A stretch of 64,000 nucleotides of DNA from Trueperaceae bacterium (GCA_034521815.1 JAXHLW010000011.1:40336-104335); one strand, 5' to 3'. Positions 10,599 to 21,578 are shown, counted from the stretch's first letter. Program-made: numbers and translations. Notes: generated from the letters alone by a model not told the origin.

Positions 10599-11021
10599 CT
10601 AATGCGGCAAGCGCGTCTGCAGCAGGCCGTAGGTCAGCGTCCCCAGCCAGGCGGCGGCGAACACGATCGTGAACGGCCACAGGCCGGCACCGATCAGCGC
10701 CGCGATCGGCCCGGGACAGGCGCCGGTCAGCGCCCAGCCGACACCGAACAGGACGCCGCCGCCGGCGTAGCGGCGCCAGCCGTCGGGCATCGCCTCGGTG
10801 ACGATCGGACGTCCGTCCACGGAGCGGATCTCGAGCCGGCGCACGATCCACACGCTGAGCGCGGCGACCAGCACGGCCGTTCCGATCACGCCGTACATAT
10901 GGAACGCGTGGAACCGGAACATCTCCTGAATGCGGTACCACGAGACGACCTCGCCCTTCATCAGCACGAAGCCGAAGTAGACGCCGATCGCCAGGAAGCG
11001 GGCGTCGGCCGGGATGGTCAC
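10599..11021 (-). CDS. YeeE/YedE family (DUF6691-type) sulfur-compound transporter subunit
   Basis: SWYRIQEMFRF and GWALTGACPGP motifs; GGAGG RBS before GTG 11021. Confidence 0.85.
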   Translation of the reverse strand: MTIPADARFLAIGVYFGFVLMKGEVVSWYRIQEMFRFHAFHMYGVIGTAVLVAALSVWIVRRLEIRSVDGRPIVTEAMPDGWRRYAGGGVLFGVGWALTGACPGPIAALIGAGLWPFTIVFAAAWLGTLTYGLLQTRLPH

Positions 11022-11065
11022 GGCGGACCTCCCGGCCTGCTCGTCGGCCAGCCCGTCGGCCGACC

Positions 11066-11638
11066 TCACGATCCCCCCAGCAGCAGCGGCCACAGAAGGT
11101 GCGTGGCCGCCAGCCCGCCGGCGAAGAACCCTGCGACCGCGATCGCCGAGGCGGGCTGAAGCTCCGCCAGCCCCATGATCGCGTGGCCCGAGGTGCAGCC
11201 TTTGGCCCAGCGCGCGCCGAACCCGACCAGGAAGCCGCCGACCACGGTCGCCACGAAGCCGGCCGGCGTGCGCAGGCCCTCCCAGGAGAAGATCGCCGTT
11301 GGCACGAAGCCTCCGTCCACCGTGACGCCCAGGGCCTGCAGCGCCCGGCGGGTCGCCTCCGAGACGCGCACGGGGTTCGGATCGCCGAGGACGACGCCGC
11401 CCAGCAGGCCTCCGATCGCGATGCCCGCCACGACCAGCAGGTTCCAGGCTCCCTCGCGAAGCCCGTCGTAGCGGAAGTAGCTCGCCGGCACGTTCGCGAT
11501 GGCGCAGAGGTGCCGGTACGACGACGACAGTCCGAACCGTCGTCCCCCGAACACCAGCAGCATGGGCACGACCAGGCCGATGGCGGGCCCGGCGACGTAC
11601 CAGGGCCACGGGCCGCGTAGAAGATCGAGGAGGTCCAT
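11066..11638 (-). CDS. YeeE/YedE family sulfur-compound transporter subunit
   Basis: PWPWYVAGP and GFGARWAKGCTSGH motifs. Confidence 0.88.
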   Translation of the reverse strand: MDLLDLLRGPWPWYVAGPAIGLVVPMLLVFGGRRFGLSSSYRHLCAIANVPASYFRYDGLREGAWNLLVVAGIAIGGLLGGVVLGDPNPVRVSEATRRALQALGVTVDGGFVPTAIFSWEGLRTPAGFVATVVGGFLVGFGARWAKGCTSGHAIMGLAELQPASAIAVAGFFAGGLAATHLLWPLLLGGS

Positions 11639-11762
11639 GGCCAAAAGGTTTACCAACACGGTCAACAATGCGTCAAGCGAGCCGGCCCGCTGTCGAGGCC
11701 GCGCCACCCGGCGATGCGGTCCAAGGTTCGCGCCACCGCGCTTCGTCTCCGCGCGCCGTCGC

Positions 11763-13184
11763 TCAACGCCACGGGAAGCCCATCGCCTTCCAGCCGGTCC
11801 GCATCGTCCGCAGCAGGTCGCGGGTGCGCCACGAGTCGGCCTCCGGCACCCGGCGCAGCCACGTCCACGCCATCATCCGGAGCACGCCCGACACCACGAA
11901 CAGCCAGTGGTACGCGGTCCAGGTCCCGCCGAACACGGGCGCCTCGAACCTCCCGAGCGTCACGAGCAGCGGTCCCGAGAGCACGCCCCCCAGGAAGCCG
12001 GTGACGCCGGTGCCCAGGCTGTACATGGCGATGAACACCACACGGTTCGTTCGCGGCGCCGAGACCAGGGCCAGGTTGAAGATCGCGGGACCGATCGCGC
12101 CCCACGCCACGGCGTCGAACACGGCCGACAGCCAGATCCACTCGACGCGGCCCGTGAAGCCGGCGACGATCCAGGAGAAGGGCAACAGCGCCCCGGTCAG
12201 GAAGGTGCCGATCGCCAGAACGCCCTTGTTGCCGACCCGGTCGGCGACGCGGCCCCAGCCGCTCGTCGTCCCCAGCGCGGTGATGGCGGCGATGGACGAC
12301 CAGACGGCGATCTGCGTGAAGCTGAGACCCAGCTCGCCCAAGAAGTAGGGCATGACGAACGGCGAGGCCAGCATCACCACGAACTGCCAGTAAAGCGCGA
12401 ACACCAGGAAGCGCCGGAACCCCGGCTCCCGCCACGGCAGCGTGACCAGATCGCGCCAACGAACGCGCTCCCGCGTGGTGGGCGGATCGAGCTGCGCGAG
12501 GTAGATCCCGACGCCCACCAGCGCGATCGCGACCGAGGCGACCAACACGGCCTGGAACGAGAACGGCGCACCCACCCGGTCCAGGAACGCCCCCGCAGCG
12601 AGGTTCGCGACCATCGCGACGACGCCGACGATGCCCGCGCGGAGCCCGAAGTAGCGGCCGCGCTCGCGCTCGGGCACGACGTCGCCCATCCAGGCGGCCC
12701 AGAGCGTGCCGTTCGCCGCCAGGAAGAAGCTGCTCACCAGGACCAGCACGATCAACGCCGGCGGACGCCAATCGTCCGGCATGGGCACGAGCGGCAGCGA
12801 GGCCGCCAGCAGCCAGGTCGTGCGCGAGGCCAACGCCATCGCCACCGTCAACGCCTTGCGGCGCCCCAGCACCGCGGCCAAGAACGCCACGCCCGGGCTG
12901 GCGACCTGCGCCAGCAGCGGCACCGAGCCCACCAGCGCGATCTCGGCCGGCGACGCCCCGAGGTGCAGCATGAACCCGATCAGCACGCTCCCCGACGTCC
13001 AGTTCAGGAACACCTGGGTGAGCGATCCCTCGACGACGGAGAGCCGCATGGTGCGCCGGACCTGGCGCCGAACGCCCGGCTCGAGGTCGTCCAGCCGAGC
13101 CGCGGCGCCCGGGGGCGGCGGCAGCCGGGGAGCGTCGTCAGGAGAAGGGTGAGGAGAGGCGTCGGGAGCAGGATCGCGCGTCAT
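11763..13184 (-). CDS. MFS transporter
   Basis: About 12 TM segments; WMGDVVPERERGRYFG and WGRVADRVGNK. Confidence 0.88.
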   Translation of the reverse strand: MTRDPAPDASPHPSPDDAPRLPPPPGAAARLDDLEPGVRRQVRRTMRLSVVEGSLTQVFLNWTSGSVLIGFMLHLGASPAEIALVGSVPLLAQVASPGVAFLAAVLGRRKALTVAMALASRTTWLLAASLPLVPMPDDWRPPALIVLVLVSSFFLAANGTLWAAWMGDVVPERERGRYFGLRAGIVGVVAMVANLAAGAFLDRVGAPFSFQAVLVASVAIALVGVGIYLAQLDPPTTRERVRWRDLVTLPWREPGFRRFLVFALYWQFVVMLASPFVMPYFLGELGLSFTQIAVWSSIAAITALGTTSGWGRVADRVGNKGVLAIGTFLTGALLPFSWIVAGFTGRVEWIWLSAVFDAVAWGAIGPAIFNLALVSAPRTNRVVFIAMYSLGTGVTGFLGGVLSGPLLVTLGRFEAPVFGGTWTAYHWLFVVSGVLRMMAWTWLRRVPEADSWRTRDLLRTMRTGWKAMGFPWR

Positions 13185-13399
13185 GCAGCGCGAAGTCTAC
13201 GCCACCTGCGGACGGCGTGCACGGCTCGGGCGATCGACGACCGTCTCACGGTGTCGAAGCGCTCCGGGTCGAGCCCCGGCTCGAGCAGCCCGCGAACGAG
13301 CTCGCCGACGGACGGCGCCGGCAGGGCGGCGGACGCCGGACCGGACGCGCCGATCCCGAGCGCGTCTCGCACCGCCGACCGAGCGTGGGCAGGGCTCGC

Positions 13400-14050
13400 T
13401 CAGCGCACCGCCATGTCGGGAAGCGACCGGACGACGTGCGGCGTGATGGCGCGCGCCGCGCCTGCGTCGACCACGCCGTTCGTGACGAACAGGCAGGTCG
13501 CTCCCGCCGCGATCGCCGCCCGCGCGCCGGCCTCGCTGTCCTCGACCACCAGGCAGCGATCCGCCGAGACGCCCAGGCGCCGCGCCGCCAGCAGGTAGCC
13601 GTCGGGCTCCGGCTTGCCGCGCGCCACGTCCTCGACCGAGATCCGGACGGGCAGGTGCGCTGCCCAGGCGTGCGGCTCCAGCGAGGCGCGGATCATCGCG
13701 TGCGGCGAGTTCGACACCACCGCCCGCGGCACGCCCGCCGCGGCGACCTCCTCGACCCAGACCGCGGCGTTGGGCATCGGACGCGCACGCCCCAGCGCCT
13801 CGACGAGGTCCTGGACGACGCGCTCCCAGAACGCGTCCGGTTCGCCCACGAGGCCGTAGCGGGTCTGCAGGATCGCCGTCGACGTCGCGCGATCCTTTCC
13901 GTGCAGCGAGGCGTGGGCGCTCTCCGGCAGGTCGCCGCCGAACTCGGGCACCACCGCGCGAAGCACCTCGAACCAGATCGGCTCGCTGTCGACCAGGGTG
14001 CCGTCCATGTCGAACAGCACGGCACCGTAGTCACGAGGGTCCAGCGTCAT
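13400..14050 (-). CDS. HAD-family phosphatase
   Basis: FDMDGTLVDSE (motif I), VSNS, GKPEPD and VVEDS. Confidence 0.92.
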   Translation of the reverse strand: MTLDPRDYGAVLFDMDGTLVDSEPIWFEVLRAVVPEFGGDLPESAHASLHGKDRATSTAILQTRYGLVGEPDAFWERVVQDLVEALGRARPMPNAAVWVEEVAAAGVPRAVVSNSPHAMIRASLEPHAWAAHLPVRISVEDVARGKPEPDGYLLAARRLGVSADRCLVVEDSEAGARAAIAAGATCLFVTNGVVDAGAARAITPHVVRSLPDMAVR

Positions 14051-14099
14051 CGCGTCGACTCTCCTTCTCGGGCGTGACGTCTCGGGACGGCGGTGGGGG

Positions 14100-17000
14100 T
14101 CATGCCACCTTCAGGGGAAGCGGTACGCGTCTCGCGAGGAGCCACGCGAAGTCCTCCTCGCTGAGGGGGACGCTGAAATAGTACCCCTGACCCATCGAGC
14201 AGCCCAGCGCGAGAAGCGCGTCGCGCTGTTCTGGACGCTCGATCCCTTCGGCGATCACCGTGGCGCCGATGGACGAGGCGATCTTCAGGACGGACGCGGC
14301 GATGTCGCGGCTGTACGGGTCGTCCGGCAGGCCGTGCACGAACGCGCGATCGATCTTGATGTCGTCGAACGGATAGTCCTTGAGGTACGCCAGCGACGAG
14401 TAGCCGGTGCCGAAGTCGTCGAGAGACAGCTTCACGCCCAGCGCGTGAAGCGCGTCGAGCTGGTCGCGTAGACGGGCCCGTTCGTCGGCGAAGACGCTTT
14501 CGGTGAGCTCGAGCGTGAGGCTGCTGGGCGGCACGCGGTGGCGCGCCAGGATCTCTTCGACGTCCATCAGGAACTCGCGGTCGGCCAGCTGCTCGACACT
14601 GACGTTCACGGCGATCTGGACGATGTCCAGACCGTCGTCCTGCCATGCACGAAGCGTCTTGCAGGCGCGATCGAGGACCCAGCGTCCGATCGGCACGATC
14701 AGATGGCTCGTCTCCGCGACGGGGATGAACGCTCCGGGCGAGAGGAATCCCCGAGCTGGATGGTTCCAGCGGATCAGGGCCTCGCCCGCGACGAGGCGAC
14801 CGCTGGCCAGCTGGACCTTGGGCTGGAAGTGGAGCTCGAACTCGTCGTTCTTGAGCGCTTCGCGAAGCTCGTTGGCGAGCTCGACGCGACCTCGTGCCGC
14901 CCGGTCCAGATCGGACGTGTAGGCCTGACCGTTCGTAGGCGACCCGAAGCGACTGGCGTGCAGGGCCACCTCGGCTTCGCGTAGCAGCCCACCTGGAGGC
15001 CGAGGCTCGGCCCCGAGGCGGGTGTAGCCGTAGTGGGCGCTGACGTCGAGCTCGAACCCGTCGATCACGAACGGCTCGTCGAACGAGCCGTCCCGGTTTC
15101 CGAACAGCTCGACGCTCAGCGACGCCTCAGGTGCGAGGTCCGGGAGGAGCACGGCGAACGCGTCGCCGCCGGTCCGCGCGACCAGCCCGTCCGGACCGGC
15201 CGTGGCCGCCAGCCGATCACCGATCGCCCTCAGCAGGGCGTCGCCGATCGCGAAGCCTTGGGATTCGTTCACGTTGCGCAGCTCGACGAGGTCCAGCGCG
15301 ACCAGGACGGCTCGCTCGGGCCACGGGACGCTGGTCCAGGTAGCTGGTCAGCTCGCGAGCGAGCCCGTCGCGCGTCAGGTAGCCCGTGAGAGGATCCTCG
15401 AACGCGATTCGTTCCAGAGCCGCTTCGGCACGCTTGGCTTCGGTGACGTCGATGTGCATGACGACCGCGCCCTCGAGCTCGGCATCGGTCCGAAGCGGCG
15501 TGGCCGCCAGACGGAACCACCGCTCCTCGCTGGGCGAATGGCACGGGTACTCGTACACGAACGACGACCGCTGGTCCGCGAGGACGGCGCGCAGCCCGGC
15601 CGCCACCTGAGCGCCAGAGCCTGCGTCCTTGCCGCGGGCCGCGTCGCATACCTGCAGGTAGCTGACGCCGACCTGATCGTCGTCGGCATCGTTGTCATCC
15701 GCGAACGTCCGCCAGCGGTCGTTCACGCTGGTGATCACACCCGACGCGTCCAGGACAGCGATGTTGGCGGGAAGCGAGTCGATGAGAGCCTTCCTGGTCG
15801 TGAGCTCATTGGCGAGGTGGGCCTCCTGGCTCCGCAGCCGCTCCACCATGTCCCGGCGTACGGTCACGTCCCGCAGCCCGACGGCGAGGCCCTCCCCGGT
15901 CGGATCCACCCAGATCTCGAGCCAGCGGCCGGTCGTCGGATCGAAATCGTCGAAACGTGTCGAGACGCCGTCGTCCATGGCGCGCCTGATCTCGTCGCCG
16001 ATACGGCTTTTCATCACGCCCGGCAACACGTCGTCGAGCAGCCTGCCGGCGACGGCCGTGTCGTGCCAGAGCTCGGCGATGCGGATCGCCGCGCTGTTGG
16101 CGAAGGTGATCCGCAAGGCGTCGTCGATGAGGACGAAGCCGTCGTTGAGCCGCTCCAGCGTGGCGCGCAGGCGGTGGTCGAGCTGGTGCGCCCGAAGCTC
16201 CGCCCGCTTGCGGGCGTCGACGTCCTGGAACGCTCCCTGCACGCCGGTGATCCGGCCGGAGGCGTCGCGCACCGGCTCGCCCGTCGTTCGGACCCAGATC
16301 CGCCGGCCGGTCGCGGTGACGATCTGCAGCTCTTCGTCGTACGGCACGCCGTCGCGCACGGCGCGCTCGTACGCGGCCCGAATCCGGTCGCGATGCTCGG
16401 GCGCGTAGAACACGATCGCTTCAGCGACCGTCGGCCGCGTGCCGAGCGGCACCTCGTGAATCTCGCAGACCCGGTCCGACCAGGTCAGCGCCTGCGTCCG
16501 GGCGTCCACGTGCCACCCGCCGAAACGTGCGATGCGGCTCGCGATCTCCATGACGCGGCGCTGCTCGTCCAGCGCCGCCTGGGCCTCGACACGCTCCGTG
16601 ACGTCCTGGATGACCCCCGCGACGTACATCGGGCGGCCTTCCTCGTCACGCTCGACGTCACCACCGATGTGGACGTGACGATCCTCGCCCTGCCCGGACC
16701 GCATCCGGAACGTGTCGTACGTCGGCCCTCGTCCGCCTGTCACGGTGGCATGCAGCGCCTGATATCGATCCGCGTCGTCGGGATGGATCATCTCCCGAAC
16801 CTGGTCCACCGTGGGCGGCGCGGCGTCGGGAGCGAGGCCCAGAATCCGGAGCACCTCGGCAGACACCTCGAGCTGGCCCGAGTCGACCGTTCGGCGCCAC
16901 GAGCCGATGCGGCCGATCCGCTGCGACTCGAGCAGCATCGCGGCGTGCCCCTGGAGCTCCTGCTGCCGGTCGTGCAGCTCCTGTTCGGCCGCGTCGCGCC

Positions 17001-17736
17001 GATCGAGCATCGCGTTCAGGGCGGCGCCCAGCCGCGCCATCTCGTCGCGGCCCAGCACGTTCGCCCTGGCGGAGGCGTCGCCGAGGCCCACCCGGTCCAT
17101 CACGCGGACCAGCTGCGCCGTGGGTCGCCCGAGGCGCCGATACAGGAACCACGACGCCGCCAGGCTCAGGAACGCGAACAGCACCGCGAAGCCTCCGAGC
17201 GCACGCGATACCCTCGCTACGGTCGCGTCGGCCTCGAGGTGCCGTTCACGGACCAGCTCGGCCACGACGTTCTCGATCGTCACGCCGAACGCGGCCATGC
17301 GCGTCAATGTGGCGGCCGCCGGCTCCGTCACGCCGAGCACGCCTTGCGTCGGACCGAGGAGCGTGGAACCATTCGCGCGAGGACGATCGAACGCGTCGGC
17401 GGCCAGCTCCGCCATCTCGTCGAGGGCCGCGACCGCTCGCTGGGCCGCAGGCAACGCGTCCTCCATCTCGGTCAGCTCGGACCGGACCCGCCTGAGCCGG
17501 GTCAGGAACGCCGGCAACGACGCCTCGTCGACGGCGTCGACCAGGAGCGCGTCGGCGGCCACCGAAAGCTCCGCGACGCGCACCTGCAACCCCGTGAGCG
17601 TCTCGACCTGAGCTATGTGGTCGCGCGACTGCTGCGACGCCCAGAGGGCGAGCACGATCAGCGCGACGCAGCCGACGAAGCTCAGAGCCGTCACGATCCG
17701 GGCGACCGCGACCATGCTGACGGGACGGGCGTTCAC
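14100..17736 (-). CDS. Membrane HAMP/multi-PAS, degenerate-GGDEF, EAL c-di-GMP phosphodiesterase (frameshift ~15325)
   Basis: TM-HAMP (DEMARL), several PAS domains, GGDAF, EAL, DDFGTGYSSL, KIDRAF and EGIE. The two ORFs join on removing one C. Confidence 0.85.
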
Positions 17737-18118
17737 GCGGATCCCGTCACGGGCGTCGTCGTCGACGTCGTCGTCGGCTTCGTCACGGCCCGCTGGTCCG
17801 GTGTCCTGGCCTGCCCGGCGACGCTCACCCCGCCCGTGACGCGTCCGATGACGCGTCGCACGGTGGCGCGGGTGAACGCTGACTCGTTGCCATGGTGGAC
17901 GGACGATATGTCATTCGATGGCACGGAGTCCTTACAAGCGACGCATCTGCTCACGACGCCAGCCTCCGTCCGCTTCAGGTGGTCCGGTCCACCGCACAGT
18001 GCTTTGGCACGTGCTCCACGATTGCGCATCCCCCGCCCGACACGAGCAACGTAGCAACCCGCGGCACCGCCGGGCGTGGACATGACCACATCGCGACGCC
18101 GCCCACGCCGGCATGCGA

Positions 18119-18151
18119 GCACCCCTGCGGGTGTCGTCGCCGCAGGGGTGC
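18119..18151 (-). terminator. 12-bp GC-rich stem-loop downstream of the lipoprotein gene
   Basis: GCACCCCTGCGG-N9-CCGCAGGGGTGC; no U-tract. Confidence 0.5.
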
Positions 18152-18246
18152 CCATCGCCTCGCTCAGGCCGCTCGCTCAGGCCGCGCGCTCATGCATCGA
18201 GCGCCCACACGTGTGCAGCACGTACGGACGTTCGACGCGCCGAGGA

Positions 18247-18984
18247 TCAGCCGCCCAGCTTGATCGTGCTTCCCTTCGACGTCAGCGTGAAGTCGACCGT
18301 GTAGCCCCCGATGGTCGTCTCCGACTCGATTTCGATCGCGACGCGGAAGGTGCCACGGTTGGGCGTCTCGGTGTCGCGAAGCATGAGGATCGACACGAGG
18401 CGTTCCAGGTCGTCACGATCGGTCAGCTCCACGTCCAAGACGTCCTCCAGCGGGGCCGATCCGACGTACGCGTAGGTGCACGCGAATGCACCGCACGTTT
18501 CCAGCTCGAACGGCAGGTCCAGATCGACGTCCGTCGTGAACGACACGTCGCCGTTCACGTCGTCCTGCAACGTGCCTTCCACCACGGCGCGCGTGACGGT
18601 GAACCCAGCCGGGGAGTCGGTGGCCAAGGTGCCGGTCGGGACGCTCAGCGTCACCGATTCCTGGAGCCCGGCGTTGGTGTGGAAACCGGCGAGACTGAAG
18701 CCGCGCAGGTTCTCGTCCAAGTCGGGAACGTCGAAGCTGCGGGTCACGTCGAGATGGCTGGTGCTCTGCGCCGAGAGCCCGCCATCGTCCAGCGTGGCGG
18801 TGACCGCCTGGCCGTCGACGCCCAGCGGATCGCCGACCTCCAACGGTGGCACGAACGCGGCCACCAGGCCGCAGGCGCTGAGCAGCGTCGCAGCGGCGGT
18901 GATGCCGATCGCGACCGCGAGCCTTCGCGGACGGTGTTCACGGGTCGTGGATCGTGGTGCGGGTCGTAGTGTCGAACGGATCAT
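18247..18984 (-). CDS. Uncharacterised beta-rich lipoprotein
   Basis: GAGGAGG RBS; basic n-region, hydrophobic h-region and lipobox LSAC. Confidence 0.8.
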   Translation of the reverse strand: MIRSTLRPAPRSTTREHRPRRLAVAIGITAAATLLSACGLVAAFVPPLEVGDPLGVDGQAVTATLDDGGLSAQSTSHLDVTRSFDVPDLDENLRGFSLAGFHTNAGLQESVTLSVPTGTLATDSPAGFTVTRAVVEGTLQDDVNGDVSFTTDVDLDLPFELETCGAFACTYAYVGSAPLEDVLDVELTDRDDLERLVSILMLRDTETPNRGTFRVAIEIESETTIGGYTVDFTLTSKGSTIKLGG

Positions 18985-18987
18985 GGT

Positions 18988-19024
18988 GCCTCCTCGGTGG
19001 GATGGACATCTCCACCGAGGAGGC
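18988..19024 (-). promoter_or_regulatory. SD-sequestering hairpin (riboswitch expression platform)
   Basis: mRNA reads GCCUCCUCGGUGG-N11-CCACCGAGGAGGC-ACC-AUG: a perfect 13-bp stem that hides the SD. Confidence 0.85.
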
Positions 19025-19064
19025 CCGTCGCTGGCCGTATCGGCTCGGAACGGGTTCTCTCCTG

Positions 19065-19138
19065 CGATGGCCGGTTGCGCTACTGGCTCCGCCTGCTCCA
19101 AGCGCCCAAGTACGGAACAGGCTTCATCGCCGCCATCG
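19065..19138 (-). ncRNA. Cyclic di-GMP-II riboswitch aptamer
   Basis: Minus strand reads CGAUGGC GGCGAUGAAG CCUGUUCC GUACUUGGGCGCUU GGAGCAGG CGGAGCCAGUAGCGCAACCG GCCAUCG. It shows P1 (CGAUGGC/GCCAUCG), conserved UGAAG, UUGGGCRC and GAGYYAGURGYGCAACCG, and a GCGC/GCGC pseudoknot. A TAGCTT -10 lies at 19153-19158. Confidence 0.88.
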
Positions 19139-19625
19139 AACGACGTCCTGTGAAGCTACGCGGCCGTGCTGCTACGCAGCGCAGGGACGCGTCCACGCTA
19201 CGCGCAGGGATCGCACGGGCTTCTTACATCGGCGCGTGGCCGGCATCGACGCGCTCCCCGTAGTCGCCGGGGCGCACGACGCTGGCTTCGAACAGGCGCC
19301 TGACATGATCGATCATGACGCGCGATCCGGGTTGGCGTCGGCGCCGACGACGAGCTGCAATGTGGTGACGTCCTTCATGGACGGTCCTGTCCATCGTCGC
19401 GCGAATCGAGCAAAAACTCAGCTTTTCCGGGTCGCTCGGCTTCCGGGTCGAGGGCGGTCACCTGCCGGTCTTCGCGAACCGACGACGGCAGCCTCCGAAT
19501 CGAGTGCCGTTCGCCCCCCTGGAGCGACGTCGAAAGTGTGCCACGTCACGCTCACGTGACTCTTCGTGGTCGAGCCGGCCGACGAGGACGTGCCACGCGT
19601 CGGTCGTTGCCGCGAGTGGTCTTCG

Positions 19626-20755
19626 CTACTCCCCGCGCGGGCCTGTCGCGCCGTCAGGCATGCGGTCAGGCACGCCGTCGGCCACGACCTGGTTCCGACC
19701 ACGGTCCTTCGCCGCGTACACGGACAGGTCGCCAGGCGAATCCGGCTGATCGCCGACTCGGTCGGGCGCAGCTCGGCCACGCCGAAGCTGGCGGTCACGC
19801 TCTCCTTGCCGGGGAGACGCAGGTCGAGCTCTGCGATCGCCTGGCGGCAGACGCTCCGCCGTTCAGGGTCCGCGTCCGCCGGGGACATCCCTCCTCCCGG
19901 GAGGACGACGACGAACTCCTCCCCGCCCCAACGGGCCACGGTGTCGTGGCCACGCACCGTCCGCTGCGCGACGTTCGCGATCGCCTTCAGGACGCGATCG
20001 CCGACGCTCGTGACCGTAGCGGTCGTTGACCTGCTTGAAGCGGTCGAGATCGAACCACGCCACCGACATGGGGTGCTCGTAGCGGCGAGCGCGCTCGACC
20101 TCCTGCTGCAGCCGCTCCTCGGCGCCCCTCCGGTTCATCAGGTCCGTCAGCGCGTCGCTGGTCGCCAGCGACGCCATCGTCGAGGCCCGTTCCCGCTCCG
20201 CGCTCGTGACGCGTACGATTCCGCCGATCAGCACCAACACGCTCGCTTGCACCAGCACCACCTCGATCAACGTCGTCTGGGTGCCGAGCGTCGAGAATCC
20301 GTCGATCGCGAGCAGGGCGACGGAGGCGACGACGAGCGCCGCCCAGGCACCCCACGCCACGAGCCCTGCCGCGCGTGCCGACAGCGCCAGATGCGCGAAG
20401 CCCGCGATGGCCGCGGTCCACATCGCGATTCGGACCGCGCCGTCGACGTCGCCTTCGCCTTGGCCCAGGCTCGCCGCCACGACCGCGGCCAGCGCCACCA
20501 CGAAGGCGACGACGGCGGCCGCGACCAGCGATCGCTCGAACGCCCGGGGCACGCTTCGACGCACCGCCATGACGCCCGCGGACGCCGAAGGAGCACCACG
20601 CCGACGATCACCGCGACCAGCCAGTTCGCGGTGGACCGGGAGTCGTCGAACGACCCCGCGATTCCCACCAGGAGCGCCGCGACGCCCCCGACCGGTAGGA
20701 CCACGAGGTAGATGCTCCGTTTGAGGACCGCAGTGCGAGACGGTTGCGACGGCAT
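19626..20755 (-). CDS. Membrane-anchored diguanylate cyclase (at least 3 frameshifts)
   Basis: TM region, DALTDLMNRR, DLDRFKQVND, RGHD, GGEEF, TASFGVA and YAAKDRGRNQV spread over different frames. Confidence 0.72.
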
Positions 20756-20842
20756 GACGCGCCAAAGGTAGCACGGGCGCTCCTCGCGCGAAGGGGCGTC
20801 ACGCTGGGGTGGCGCCTGCTGCCGCCGTCCTGTCTTCTGTGA

Positions 20843-20889
20843 CGCCTTTACGGCGCCTTTACGCGGGCTTCACGCTTCGCCGCTATGCT
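20843..20889 (+). promoter_or_regulatory. 11-bp-period direct repeats (CGCCTTTACG x2 plus a degenerate third copy) followed by a TATGCT -10
   Basis: Direct reading; upstream of the response regulator. Confidence 0.5.
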
Positions 20890-20939
20890 GGTGGCGACGT
20901 CCGGCGCCGATCCGGCCCGGGACGCGAAGGAGAGCTTGC

Positions 20940-21578
20940 GTGCGCCACGTCCTCATCTGCGACGCCGAACCGATGTTCCGCTACGGACTCGCCCACCAGC
21001 TGGCGCGCCGTGGCTGGACGGCGAGCGTCGCCGAGGCCGGCACGGTGGCCGAGGGGATCGCGTCCGCCCGCGAAGCTCCGCCTGCCGTGATCGTGGCTGA
21101 CGCGGTTCTGCCCGATGGCCCCATCGACGATCTGCTGGCGGACCCGTCCGTGCGCAGCGCTGGGCCCCGTGTGATCGTGGTTCCGTCCGACGCGGACAGC
21201 GCCCCGCCCCGCGGCGAGCCGGTTCACGCCGTCCTTCCACGCCACACCGGCGTCGAGCGGCTCATCCGCGCCATGGGACCGGAACAGGAGGACGGACCTT
21301 GCCTGCCCGAACGCCAGCGACAGGTCCTGGCCCTCGTCTGCCGCGGCTGGTCGAACCGTTCGATCGCCGAGGAGCTGGGCATCCGCGAGAAGTCCGTTCG
21401 CAACTGTCTCACGCGGGCCTTCCGCAGCCTCTCCGTCCAGAACCGCACGCAGGCAGCGATGCACGTCCTGAACAGCGGCCTTCGGCCCGTCGCACCCCCC
21501 GCCGCGTCACCCGCCGCGCCACCTTCGGGCGGCGATGGCCGCACGCATCACGCACGGCCCATCCGCTCGATCCGGTAG
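20940..21578 (+). CDS. NarL/LuxR-type response regulator with an atypical receiver domain
   Basis: VLICDAEP...VIVAD receiver; LPERQRQVLALVCRGWSNRSIAEELGIREKSV...NRTQAA LuxR HTH; AAGGAG RBS. Confidence 0.85.
   Translation: MRHVLICDAEPMFRYGLAHQLARRGWTASVAEAGTVAEGIASAREAPPAVIVADAVLPDGPIDDLLADPSVRSAGPRVIVVPSDADSAPPRGEPVHAVLPRHTGVERLIRAMGPEQEDGPCLPERQRQVLALVCRGWSNRSIAEELGIREKSVRNCLTRAFRSLSVQNRTQAAMHVLNSGLRPVAPPAASPAAPPSGGDGRTHHARPIRSIR

Noticed and set aside
17737-18118. Second riboswitch or ORF upstream of the GGDEF-EAL gene
   Set aside because: No c-di-GMP-I or -II consensus is recognisable, and the 140-aa ORF lacks coding character.
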